A stretch of DNA of 64,000 bases from an uncultured Acidobacteriota bacterium (GCA_963827655.1 CAWHCF010000026.1:96001-160000), one strand, 5' to 3'. Positions 44,813 to 54,884 are shown, counted from the first letter of the stretch. Numbers and translations: made by a program. Notes: generated from the sequence alone by a model not told the origin.

Positions 44813-45169
44813 GACTTTGGGATCAGGCCATTATATACGTGACAATGCTCCCCACATAACAATAAGCCGGTATCCGATGGTGCTGTTGGCAAAGGCTGGC
44901 CATGCGATCGACGCAAACCGCGCGGATATTCAAGTTCCCGACAGAAACCAATTAGGCTATTAGAGCTCGGGTCTCTTCGTCCCGACATTCGTCAAGCAAT
45001 TGGGTTTTGCGAAAGGCGTATCTCGCTTGCATGGCAAGCTCCTTCTGTGACGCCTACGTTTTGGTCAATCACAGAAGTGACTCCTATACAACGGCTTAGG
45101 CCATATCAACCCGTAAAGACAGTCGAACTACGCGATCAGCGTGTAGTCTCGACAGCAGAAAGGTGTTTT

Positions 45170-46546
45170 ATGCGCTCACGTAAACGGTTAGTACCCGTTA
45201 TGGCCCTTGTGGCCGCCGTATTCACCCAACTACCCAGTTCGCTGGATCCTAAGACTCAAGCCGCATTCGCGGCTCCGGCCGACGGCGACGCAGTCACCGT
45301 CTGGAACGCAAACGCCGGCGCGGCCGCCACTGCGGCATGCATAGCTCCTCTCGACAACCCACTCCACGAATCGCGTATGTACGCAATGATGCACGTAGCC
45401 ATCCACGATGCACTGAATGCTATCGATCGCCGGTCTCGTCCTTACACTTTCGACATGCAGGCGAGACCAGGCGCTTCTCCGGATGCCGCAGTTGCTGCGG
45501 CGGCACGAGATGTCCTGGTTCCGCTCATCGGTCAACTCCCTCTTGAGCTCGTCTCCCAGTCTTGCATCGATGCAGGCATTGCACGCGTCGAAGCCGACTA
45601 TACCGCGGCGCTTGCCGCCATCCGCGACAGTCCGGCCAAGGCGCAGGGTATCGCGGTGGGACAGGCCGCGGCGGCGGTGATCCTCGCTCTGAGAGCCGAG
45701 GACGGGGCGCAGTTGGACCAGTTTCTTAATCCCAGCTGCCCGCAGGATACTAATCCCGGCGAGTACCAGTGCACACCAGGTACCCCGTTCATCGCCTTTG
45801 AGGGATGGGAAAATGTTGACCCCTTCGTTCTGAATCACAGCTCACAGTTCCGTCCGGGGCCGCCCTACGCAGTGGACAAGAAGAAGTACACGGCTGACTT
45901 CAACGAAGTGAAATCTCTCGGCGGTGATGGCATGACCACTCCCAGCGCACGCACTGCCGACCAGACCGAAATCGCCCTCTACTGGTGGGAAAGCTCCCCG
46001 CTGAAGTGGAACCGAATTGCAAGAATCGTCTCCGGCCAGACCCGGCTCGACCTGTGGGAGAACGCGCGGCTATTCGGCCTGCTCAATTTGGCGCTTGCGG
46101 ATGGCTACATCGCCATGGTCTCTACCAAGAACCATTACAACTACTGGCGACCGGTCACCGCTATTCAGACCGGGGACACGGACGGCAATCCAGACACGAC
46201 CGGTGACCCGCGCTGGACACCGTTGCGCGGGACTCCTCCGAACCAGGACTACGCCTCGGGTCACTCAATCGAAGGGGGTGCGGGTGCTGAAGTGCTGAAG
46301 CAGTTCTTCGGCACCGACCGGATCAGCTTCCAGGACTGTAGCGTGACGCTACCTGCCGGTAGCACCTGCAGCGATAGGTCACCAAAGCTCCGCTCGTATA
46401 CCAGCTTCTCCCAGGCGGCAGTCGAGAATGCGTACTCGCGCATCCTCATTGGGTTCCACTTCCGCAAATCGATCGAAGAAGGGACCGATTACGGTCGAAA
46501 AATTGGCAAGCGTGCCGCCAATCTCTACCTCCGGCCTGTGCACTGA
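45170..46546 (+). CDS. Secreted vanadium-dependent haloperoxidase-like (PAP2 superfamily) protein
   Basis: KNHYNYWRP, PPNQDYASGH, SRILIGFHF active-site motifs; signal peptide. Confidence 0.85.
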   Translation: MRSRKRLVPVMALVAAVFTQLPSSLDPKTQAAFAAPADGDAVTVWNANAGAAATAACIAPLDNPLHESRMYAMMHVAIHDALNAIDRRSRPYTFDMQARPGASPDAAVAAAARDVLVPLIGQLPLELVSQSCIDAGIARVEADYTAALAAIRDSPAKAQGIAVGQAAAAVILALRAEDGAQLDQFLNPSCPQDTNPGEYQCTPGTPFIAFEGWENVDPFVLNHSSQFRPGPPYAVDKKKYTADFNEVKSLGGDGMTTPSARTADQTEIALYWWESSPLKWNRIARIVSGQTRLDLWENARLFGLLNLALADGYIAMVSTKNHYNYWRPVTAIQTGDTDGNPDTTGDPRWTPLRGTPPNQDYASGHSIEGGAGAEVLKQFFGTDRISFQDCSVTLPAGSTCSDRSPKLRSYTSFSQAAVENAYSRILIGFHFRKSIEEGTDYGRKIGKRAANLYLRPVH

Positions 46547-46689
46547 GTTGTGCGCGAGGTCTCACCATTCGGGGTGGGGTGTGGATGGCTTCGCTGACGA
46601 ACTGAATGGCAGCTTCTACTCACAACTCACCCAAACAAACTTTAGGCCCTCGCCTGAGAAATGAAAGGAGCACCACAATGAAACGGACT
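46448..46689 (+). repeat. 242-bp direct repeat, copy A
   Basis: Near-identical to 48292..48533; contains the haloperoxidase 3' end, the intergenic region, RBS and ATG AAA CGG ACT. Confidence 0.95.
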
Positions 46690-48034
46690 CAAAATCGCCA
46701 TCCCCTGAACGATCAGGACCTGTCCCGCCGTGCCTTGTTGAAGGGAGGGGGTGCCGCCCTGGCCGGCCTGTCGGTGCTGCAGCTGGCAGGTCCGGCGGAC
46801 GCTTTCCCTGGGCAAGCCGATAAGGGGGACGACGCCCCCTGGGACGACGAACGGCCCACAACGAGGGACGACTACCCGGGCCAACCTGGCGACGAGGTCA
46901 TCAGGTGGACGGATCAGCCTCCCCCGCTCCCGTTCCCGCCCCCCCACCCCCCCCAGTTGGTGTGGGAAGAGCTCGACACACGGTGGATTCCCAACGACGA
47001 GTTCCATGTCGTCAGCCACTATGACCAACCTGTGCTTAGCGCGCAGGACTGGCGTCTCGCCATCGATGGTCTGGTTCGTCATCCCCGAAGGCTGTCTCTG
47101 GCCGACCTCAAGGTCCGACCGCGCCGCGACGTCGAGTTCACCCTCGAGTGCTCGGGCAACACCGGCTTTCCCTTCGTAAGCGGCTTCGTCGGCAACGCCA
47201 TATGGGCTGGCGCAGAGCTCGCCTCGCTGTTGAAGGAGGCTGACGTTCTCGACGAGGCCACCGAGGTAGTGTTCTGGGGCGCCGACCGCGGGAGGGTGAC
47301 GATCCGCGACAACGTCGGAGTGCTCGGGGGCGGCAACACCGGGGTCGTCGTCGACGATGGTGAAGGCGGTCTCGATCTAACGATCACGGAACAGTTCGCC
47401 CGCAGCATGTCGCTCAAAGACGCGCTGGGCCGCGCCAACCTGCTGTGTTACGAGATGAACGGCGAACCCCTCCCCGCCGCGCACGGTTTCCCCGTCCGCC
47501 TGATCGCCCCGGGCTGGTACGGGGTTGCCAACGTCAAGTGGCTAACCCGCATCCAGGTGGTCGACCGGCGCTACCAGGGTCGTTTCATGGCCCGTGACTA
47601 TGTCACGATCCGTGAGCTCAAAGACCCCAACGGTCAGGTAGTCTGGACGATCACGAGCGTCGGGCTCGGCCGGCTCAAGTCGGCACCGGCGAAGGTCGTT
47701 CGTCGTGACGGCCGGTACACGATCATCGGCGTAGCCTGGGGCGCTCCCATCAGCCGCGTCGAGGTCAAGATCGACGATCGGGACTGGACCGCTGCGACGC
47801 TGTACGGCCGCCAGCCACGTAATCGTGGCTCACGGGGCTACGCCTGGAGATTCTGGACGTTCGACTGGGGGACGCCCACACCGGGACCACACTCGGTTGC
47901 GTCCCGCGCGATTCGACGTCGACGGGAACGTCCAGCCGACGCCTGATGACCCCGTCATTGCCGCGAGGAGGACGTTCTGGGAGAACAACGGGCAGATCAC
48001 CCGGCGGATCGCCATCCCCGCGGGGGCGCGGTGA
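46678..48034 (+). CDS. Tat-exported sulfite oxidase-family molybdoenzyme (frameshift near 47915)
   Basis: SRRALLK Tat motif, LECSGN, HGFPVRLIAPGWYG..NVKWL, C-terminal dimerisation domain. Confidence 0.88.
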
Positions 48035-48104
48035 ACGACCGGGACACGATCATGATCGTTGGGCCGAGCCCGGCGACCGCGTCAGAAGTCGAAGCCGCCG
48101 TGTC

Positions 48105-48285
48105 CTCCCGTGCGATCGGCCAGTAGGCCGGCCAGCGTAGCGATGGCGATCTCGGCCGGCGTGCGCGACCCGATTTTCAGCCCGATGGGTTAGTGGACGC
48201 GGGCGATCTGCTCGGCCGGCACGCCCAGCGACTCCCGCGCGGCGATGTGAGGCACGGTGTGGCGGGGCTGCCCATGATCCCGACC
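48105..48285 (-). pseudogene. XdhC-family Moco chaperone C-terminal remnant
   Basis: GIMGS..ESLGVPAEQIARVH*PIGLKIGSRTPAEIAIATLAGL with an in-frame stop. Confidence 0.75.
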
Positions 48286-48291
48286 CACCGG

Positions 48292-48533
48292 ATTGGGTTC
48301 CACTTCCGCAAATCGATTGAAGAAGGAACCGACTACGGTCGAAAAATTGGCAAGCGTGCCGCCAATCGCTACCTCAGGCCTGTGCACTGAGTTGTGCGCG
48401 CGCTCTCACCATTCGGGGCGGGGTGTGGATGGCTTCGCTGACGAACTGAATGGCAGCTTCTACTCACAACTCACCAAAACAAACCTTAGGCCCTCGCCTG
48501 AGAAACGAAAGGAGCACCACAATGAAACGGACT
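48292..48533 (+). repeat. 242-bp direct repeat, copy B
   Basis: Offset 1844 bp from copy A. Confidence 0.95.
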
Positions 48534-49133
48534 ATCAAAATTGCCCTGTTTACTGTAGCCCTGGCTATTCTCGCCGGCCTGCCCGGTTTCTTGCCCGGCT
48601 TCAGACCTCTGGTTGAACTGCAAGGTATTGTGAAGGCCGCCAATAAACATACCCTCACCTTCGATGTAGCGTGCGACTGCCGCATGGCCTCACCGGCATT
48701 CTTCGGTGGGAACCGAGGCGACGCGTGGATTGTTAGCGGCAAGATCTTTCCTGCCGGGACGCTTCCATCCGGAACCGCCACCAACGATCCGACCCTACCC
48801 GTCCGCGGAGTCGCCCCGATCGGCGAGTGGACCTGTCGCGGCCAAAGCGCTCTCCCATTTCCGCCCGCCGTCGCCGCGGCTTACAGCGCTACACCCTTCG
48901 CCTTCAACACCCAGTACTTCATCCTGAACGACGGCCGGGCGTTGACCGTAGAAGGATATGCACTTTCCGATCTAACCGGAGAGCGACTGTCGCTGACAGG
49001 TGGCATCGGCGGCTTCAGTGGCGCCGCCGGTGACGTCGAAGAAGGGCCAATCGGCACCAATGCCAGCACCAATGCCACCGGATGTCCGAACTTCCGCGCC
49101 ACGTTCACTATCCGGCCCGGCTCTGTGCATTAG
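48522..49133 (+). CDS. Secreted hypothetical protein, possibly an allene-oxide-cyclase/dirigent-like beta-barrel
   Basis: Signal peptide, RGDAWIVSGKIFP, IGEWTCRG, LTGGIGGFSGAAG; the fold is inference. Confidence 0.7.
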   Translation: MKRTIKIALFTVALAILAGLPGFLPGFRPLVELQGIVKAANKHTLTFDVACDCRMASPAFFGGNRGDAWIVSGKIFPAGTLPSGTATNDPTLPVRGVAPIGEWTCRGQSALPFPPAVAAAYSATPFAFNTQYFILNDGRALTVEGYALSDLTGERLSLTGGIGGFSGAAGDVEEGPIGTNASTNATGCPNFRATFTIRPGSVH

Positions 49134-49139
49134 AGGGGC

Positions 49140-49330
49140 CGCGAGTATGCTCGCTCGACGACATCCTCGGTTCAGTGGGCCAGGCCGCCGCTGCGCTGGC
49201 CGAGGCACACGCCCGCGGCGTTGCACCGCGACATCAGGCCCTCGAACCTGGTGGTGTCGCAGGGGCGTTTGAAGATTCTCGATTTTCGGGCTGGCGCAGA
49301 TGCAACCGCGCCAGCCCGATGACTCGTTGA
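49140..49330 (+). pseudogene. Ser/Thr kinase fragment
   Basis: AAAALAEAHARGV..RDIRPSNL....LKILDF-GLA across frames. Confidence 0.7.
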
Positions 49331-49424
49331 CTTGGATTCGAGATGCAAAACGAACCCCTCGATGGGGGTCTCGGCGGCACGCCAAGCAGAGTGCGGCCGG
49401 CGTGCAGCTATTTCCGCGCGAGCC

Positions 49425-50606
49425 TTAGCGTTTCTTCGAGTCTTCGCTTTTTTGCGGTTGAGCCTTTTGCCGCTCGAAGTCTATCTGTTCGAAAAGAAAA
49501 AGTCCCGATTTCCCCGGGGCAACAATGTCCAGGTCGCCGTCACCGTCCAGGTCCAGAACCGGGATCTGCATGCCTCCTCCAGCTTTGCTTCCGAAGTCGA
49601 TGACGTGTTTCACGTAGGTTGAACCTGGAGTCGACCGATACCAGTACAGCCCGAGCGGTTCGTAGGCTCCGGGATCCGTATCGTGGGCCAGATAACGCTT
49701 GCCGGTTACGATATCAAGCTTCCCGTCTCCATCCATGTCGGCCAGAGTCAGGGCATGAGCTTGCGACCAGCTGTCGTCAATCAGGTGTTCCTGCCAGGAA
49801 CCGTTCCGGCTCTCCAGCCAGAATAGTCCGTAGTGATGACCGGCGCCGTAGATCAGGTCATTCTTGCCATCGCGGTTGACATCGTCGACGTAAAGCGGAC
49901 TGCATTGACCGCGAGGCGGCAACAAGCGAAAAGCCGGGTGATACTTCCAGGCGGGAGCTTCGAACCATCCATACGACGTCAGGATGTCCGGACGCCGGTC
50001 GCCGTTGAGATCCCCTGCCCCGATTCCGTGCAAACCCTTGACGTCCGGAACCGTTCCGACGACGTGCCGCACCCAATCACCCTTCGTGAAGGGCCGCGCG
50101 CGCTCGAACCAGACGACTTCCCCGCTGCTGCCGTAATTCGGGAGTATCTCCTCGGCTTTTCCGTCTCCGTTGATGTCGACTAGAAGGATCAGTTCATAAT
50201 TGAAACCGCTCTCGATGGGATGTTCTTTCCACAAAGAATCGCTGCTGCTCTTGCCCGGGTTCTGATACCAGGACATCTTTTTGCTGAACCAGGAGCTCGC
50301 GATCACATCGGGATAACCATCGTCATTAACATCCAAGGCGAAATTGCTGAGATCGTCGATGTAACCTGAAATGAATGGTATTTCTCGAATGCGGTGCTTC
50401 GTCCATTGAGGAGCTTCATACCAGTTTTCACCGGCAAAGATGTCCAGCCGGCCATCCTTGTTGATGTCGGCCACGGCCGCCGATTCGTTGGCCCCGCTGT
50501 CCAGCACGTGTTTGCGGAACATCGGCCAGCGTGGTTGCGCGTCATTCCTCTGCGGATAAAAGGAAAGAGCGCAGTAAAGCAGAAACAGCGTGATAATTTT
50601 CCTCAT
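49425..50606 (-). CDS. Secreted FG-GAP/VCBS-repeat beta-propeller protein
   Basis: Repeated D-x-N/D-x-D-G-x-x-D motifs; signal peptide. Confidence 0.9.
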   Translation of the reverse strand: MRKIITLFLLYCALSFYPQRNDAQPRWPMFRKHVLDSGANESAAVADINKDGRLDIFAGENWYEAPQWTKHRIREIPFISGYIDDLSNFALDVNDDGYPDVIASSWFSKKMSWYQNPGKSSSDSLWKEHPIESGFNYELILLVDINGDGKAEEILPNYGSSGEVVWFERARPFTKGDWVRHVVGTVPDVKGLHGIGAGDLNGDRRPDILTSYGWFEAPAWKYHPAFRLLPPRGQCSPLYVDDVNRDGKNDLIYGAGHHYGLFWLESRNGSWQEHLIDDSWSQAHALTLADMDGDGKLDIVTGKRYLAHDTDPGAYEPLGLYWYRSTPGSTYVKHVIDFGSKAGGGMQIPVLDLDGDGDLDIVAPGKSGLFLFEQIDFERQKAQPQKSEDSKKR

Positions 50607-50723
50607 AAATCGTTCCGCACCAGTTGCGGTATACAATATCCTAATTGAATTGTGTTGTCCGTAGTGGTTTTTGCGAGACGGGCGTCCGCCGCGTCTTCGC
50701 GTCTCAGTGGTGGAGGAGTTGCG

Positions 50724-51893
50724 ATGCAGTCTATTACTCGATTAACCCTGATGCTCGCCGCCGCGCTGTTCGCAGGTATTTTCGAAGGGTCTTCGGCACA
50801 ATCCGGCCCTCGAGTGACCGTCATTCGAACACCCGAACAGGGCGTTCAGCCCCAGACCGCGGTCGATTCAAAGGGGAGGCTTCATCTGATTTACCTCAGC
50901 GGGGATCCTGCGGCTGCGGATATCTTCTACGTGCGCCGCGATCATGGCGGGGATGATTTTACCCCGCCGCTGCGCGTTAATAGCAAGTCCGGGAGCGCGA
51001 TCGCGATCGGCACCGTTCGCGGCGCTCACATTGCGCTGGGAAAGGGGGATCGGGTCCACGTGTCGTGGATGGGTTCCAAAACGGCAGAACCGAGGGGCCC
51101 GCTTGATTCAACGCCCATGCTGTATGCGCGTCTGAACGACGAGGGTAAGGCCTTCGAACCGCAGCGCAACTTGCTCCAGTTCGCGGCCGGGCTCGATGGA
51201 GGCGGCTCAGTCGCTGCGGACGGTCTGGGCAATGTCTATGTAGCGTGGCACGCTGGGGCGGGGATGCAGGGAGAAGCGAATCGCCGCGTCTGGATAACTC
51301 GATCAAATGATGACGGCAGGACATTCACCCGCGAGGTCGCCGTTAGTGATCAACGGACGGGAGCTTGCGGGTGCTGCGGGATGCGAGCTGCCGCAGACGA
51401 CATGAATCGCGTTTATATGCTCTACCGGGGCGCTGCAGCAGAAATCAACCGAGACATATTCCTCCTGAAGTCAGAAGCGGGCGGGGAGAGCTTTGGTGGA
51501 ACCCGGCTTCACGATTGGAAGATCAATGCCTGCCCTATGAGCACGGCCTCGATAAGCCCCGGCGGCCGGGGCGTGATGCTTGGCTGGGAAACAGAGGGGC
51601 AGGTCTACTATGCGACGTTTGACACGGCCACCGGAAAGGTCGGGCCTGCAGTGTCGCCCCCGGGAGGCACCGGCCGGCGAAAACATCCGGCGGTGGCCGC
51701 CAATGCGCGAGGCGAGACGATTCTGGTTTGGACCGAGGGGACTGGCTGGCAGCGGGGAGGATCGGTGGCATGGCAGCTGTTTGATGGCGCTGGCCGGCCT
51801 GTTGCGGAAAGGGGAGAACTGCCGGGCGTTCCGGTTTGGAGCCTGGCCACTGTCGCGCCTCGCCCCGACGATGGGTTCGTTATCGTGTATTAG
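50724..51893 (+). CDS. Secreted BNR/sialidase-like beta-propeller protein with CGCC and CPM motifs
   Basis: SNDDGRTF Asp-box, GACGCCG, WKINACPMS. Confidence 0.7.
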   Translation: MQSITRLTLMLAAALFAGIFEGSSAQSGPRVTVIRTPEQGVQPQTAVDSKGRLHLIYLSGDPAAADIFYVRRDHGGDDFTPPLRVNSKSGSAIAIGTVRGAHIALGKGDRVHVSWMGSKTAEPRGPLDSTPMLYARLNDEGKAFEPQRNLLQFAAGLDGGGSVAADGLGNVYVAWHAGAGMQGEANRRVWITRSNDDGRTFTREVAVSDQRTGACGCCGMRAAADDMNRVYMLYRGAAAEINRDIFLLKSEAGGESFGGTRLHDWKINACPMSTASISPGGRGVMLGWETEGQVYYATFDTATGKVGPAVSPPGGTGRRKHPAVAANARGETILVWTEGTGWQRGGSVAWQLFDGAGRPVAERGELPGVPVWSLATVAPRPDDGFVIVY

Positions 51894-52079
51894 GATCGGA
51901 GCAAGTACGCGTAATCATTCAGATGAATCCTGGTTACCGTTTGCGACCGGCGAACAGCGTGTCTTAGTGTTTCTTCGTGTCTTCGTGTCCTAGTGGTATT
52001 TGTTTCGTACTTGGGGAGTGCGACAGCCTGCTGCCGCCCGGGATAGACAAAACCGCCAAGCTTTGCTAGATTCCAGGTC

Positions 52080-52754
52080 ATGCGGCTGCCGATCTTGATT
52101 CTCTTGGCCGGCGCGGCGCTATCCCTCGCGCAGACCCAGACAAAAACCTTTCCTCTCGACTCGCTGGACAATCTCAAAGCGCACAAAGTGAAAGCTGAGC
52201 CCACGACCTTCAAGGGTCGCAAGGCTCTTCGCGTTACGGACGCCGTACAGCAAGGTGGCGAAGGAAGTGAAGACAGACTGGTAATTCTCACGGGCGCCGA
52301 GTTCCAGAACGGCGTTATCCAGGTCGACCTCGCCGGTGAGCCTGGCCCCGGCGCCGCCGAGCAGGCGCGGGGATTTGTCGGCGTCGCCTTCCGTCTGATG
52401 CCGGATGCCTCGAAGTTCGAGTGCATCTACCTGCGGCCCACCAATGGCCGTGCCGAGGACCAGGTGCGGCGTAATCATTCCGTGCAGTACTTCTCATTCC
52501 CCGAGTTTCCATGGTTCCGCCTCCGCAAGGAAAACCCCGAGAAGTACGAGACCTATGTCGATCTGGTGCCGGGTGAGTGGACCAGGATGAAAATCGAGGT
52601 CCAGGGCGCCAAGGCGCGCCTCTTCGTCCACGATAATGGACAACCGACCCTGCTGGTCAACGATCTCAAGCACGGCGATGCTAAAGGATCAATCGCTCTC
52701 TGGATTGGCCCCGGGACCGTCGCCCACTTTTCGAACCTGCGGCTCACGCCGTAA
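52080..52754 (+). CDS. Secreted beta-jelly-roll protein (DUF1080-like)
   Basis: Signal peptide, FVGVAFR, YLRPTNGR, WTRMKIEV, HFSNL. Confidence 0.65.
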   Translation: MRLPILILLAGAALSLAQTQTKTFPLDSLDNLKAHKVKAEPTTFKGRKALRVTDAVQQGGEGSEDRLVILTGAEFQNGVIQVDLAGEPGPGAAEQARGFVGVAFRLMPDASKFECIYLRPTNGRAEDQVRRNHSVQYFSFPEFPWFRLRKENPEKYETYVDLVPGEWTRMKIEVQGAKARLFVHDNGQPTLLVNDLKHGDAKGSIALWIGPGTVAHFSNLRLTP

Positions 52755-52886
52755 GCCTTCGCCAATACGCCCCACCCATCGACAGCTCTAACCACAAAGA
52801 CGCGAAGACACGAAGGAACACCTCCGGATGTCAACGCCGACGATGTGTTAACATGCTGTCTTTGCTCGACACTTTCACGACCGAAG

Positions 52887-54437
52887 ATGCCAGAGAAAAA
52901 ACTAAGACTGACACGGAAAGAATTTCGGGAGGGCCTGCCCGGCACCGACCAGGTGTTTTTCGTGCACGGCGATGAAAAGGTGCCGGCGGGGCGGTCAGGG
53001 GTAAACTTGGGGGTCGCCAAAGCCTGTTACCTTGCCTTGCTCGATCCGGGCCTTTTGCAAGAGCTATGCCGTTCGGTTGAGTTTCAGCCCCCTGGATTTC
53101 GCCTCAACAAAATGGATCCAGCGGAATTGTTCAGCCAGTTCGTGCGGCATGTGCAGAGAAGGGGTTACGGAACAGACGTGCTCGTGAGGCTCATCGATGA
53201 CGCGGCTCTCGATATGGCACAGATTGATCCAATGGTGTTCAAGGTAGACATCCTATCACCCCCTCAAGGCGCCTGGGTCACCGAGTCTGACGCAGAATGC
53301 TGGGCCGCCGCGGCATGGTTAAAAGCCCGCCTCGGAAGACTTGACGAAAATACGGGCTCGAGAGTAGCCGAGATCGGCAGCCAGTGGCGCTTCGAAATAC
53401 CTGCATCAACCAGGCCTCCCGACATCGATTCCCGGCCGCCTCAGAACGGCGCGGCCCAGAAGGCCAAGGAGAAGGCGACAGCGTGGAGGGACCGAGCGCT
53501 CAAGGCGGAGAAAGCCCTGGCAAGCCTGCGCAGTTCCCGAGACAGTTTTGAGAGAGAGCTGCGAGACGCGAAAGGGGAGAGCCGCTCGCTTCAGATAGAA
53601 GTTTCGCGGCTTCGAGAGGAATTGGGGCAGCGAGTCTCCTCGCAAAAAAGCGCGGAAGAAAAGCATGCTACGATGGCCGCACAGTTGAAGGAGGGGCGCG
53701 CTACCATCGTTCGCCTCGAAGCGGAACTTCAAGAATTGAGAGCCCGGCGGCAAGCGGACTCTTTCCCTCAATCAAGTCGGCCGCCGGAGTCGCATGATAA
53801 CGAGCTTTTGCAGAAGCTGGAACGGTTGCAGAAATCCCTGGACGGTGTAGCCGCGCGGCTCAATGAGTTCTTGACAGCGCCCACGCAGGGGCCGGTGGCG
53901 GCCAGGCATTCAGAGCGCGTGATGGCATTCATCGATGTGGCTAATCTCGACTGGGGAGCCAGCACCTATTTCCACGGCAGGGTGGATTACGAACTGCTGG
54001 CTCGTTTTCTCACCTCCCGCACTCCGACGGGACGGGCCCGAACCTGTGAGAATGTCGCGTTTATTTGCCTGGACGGACGCTCCAGCACGAGCGCGTTCGC
54101 GCAGACTCTCAAATCGCTGGGGTACCGCGTCGTCTCCCGCATTATGAAAGTCTTCGCCGACGGGAATACCAAGCGCAATGTCGACGTCCAGCTTGCCGTC
54201 TATGCCATGCGGCAGACCGAAAGGCTGGACACCGCAGTTATCGTTTCCGGGGATAGTGATTTTGGCTGTCTGGCCGAATCCTTCGCTTCCTGTGGAAAGC
54301 GGGTGGAGGTTCTATCATTTCCTAATCTGGGAGCGGAGCTGCGGCGCTTCGCCGACGAAGTCGTCATTCTGGACCAGCGGATTCTTCTTCCGGGAGCCCA
54401 GAGAGAGATTCCCTGGGAGAGGCAGGCGCCATCTTAG
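52887..54437 (+). CDS. NYN (LabA/DUF88) RNase-domain protein with N-terminal domain and long coiled coil
   Basis: AFIDVANL, KRNVDVQLA, VSGDSDF, GKRVEV, LRRFAD in the C-terminus; heptad-rich centre. Confidence 0.85.
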   Translation: MPEKKLRLTRKEFREGLPGTDQVFFVHGDEKVPAGRSGVNLGVAKACYLALLDPGLLQELCRSVEFQPPGFRLNKMDPAELFSQFVRHVQRRGYGTDVLVRLIDDAALDMAQIDPMVFKVDILSPPQGAWVTESDAECWAAAAWLKARLGRLDENTGSRVAEIGSQWRFEIPASTRPPDIDSRPPQNGAAQKAKEKATAWRDRALKAEKALASLRSSRDSFERELRDAKGESRSLQIEVSRLREELGQRVSSQKSAEEKHATMAAQLKEGRATIVRLEAELQELRARRQADSFPQSSRPPESHDNELLQKLERLQKSLDGVAARLNEFLTAPTQGPVAARHSERVMAFIDVANLDWGASTYFHGRVDYELLARFLTSRTPTGRARTCENVAFICLDGRSSTSAFAQTLKSLGYRVVSRIMKVFADGNTKRNVDVQLAVYAMRQTERLDTAVIVSGDSDFGCLAESFASCGKRVEVLSFPNLGAELRRFADEVVILDQRILLPGAQREIPWERQAPS

Positions 54438-54479
54438 AGGCTTGGCCTGGGCGACATTCTCCGAGAGCGACCTGGGTTA

Positions 54480-54884
54480 TCACAACCATAGAATTCTTAT
54501 CTCTTTTTCCACTTGCTTGAACTCCTTATCCCCGGTTACCAACTCAACGCGGCGTTGTTTTGCCAAGGCAGCAGCGAAGCAATCGGCATAGGACATTTTT
54601 TTACTGGACTTGAAGATGGCGGCCTGTTTGGCCGCCTCCAGATCCGCCGGAACGATATGAACAGGCAGCGTAGAAATCAGATGGGCAACTTCGTCTGCAC
54701 GCTGCTGACTCGTCTCGCGGAGGGTGATGTAGTAGACCTCACCCCAATTCACCACCGAAAGGAGACAAGCTTTCCGGGAGTCTCTCGCCGAGCGGAAGAT
54801 CTCGATCATCGTATCCTTGCCGTCTTCAGCTTCGATATAGGCGATGAGGCTGTAGCTGTCCAAAACCCTGACGGCGGCTCTCAA
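54480..54884 (-). CDS. PIN-domain toxin (VapC-like)
   Basis: VLDSYSL, NWGEVYY, SYADCF, TGDKEF. Confidence 0.9.
   Translation of the reverse strand: MRAAVRVLDSYSLIAYIEAEDGKDTMIEIFRSARDSRKACLLSVVNWGEVYYITLRETSQQRADEVAHLISTLPVHIVPADLEAAKQAAIFKSSKKMSYADCFAAALAKQRRVELVTGDKEFKQVEKEIRILWL

Noticed and set aside
49112-49133. Similar gene ends RPVH* and RPGSVH* as a cassette boundary
   Set aside because: Similarity is too short and is not followed by the repeat sequence
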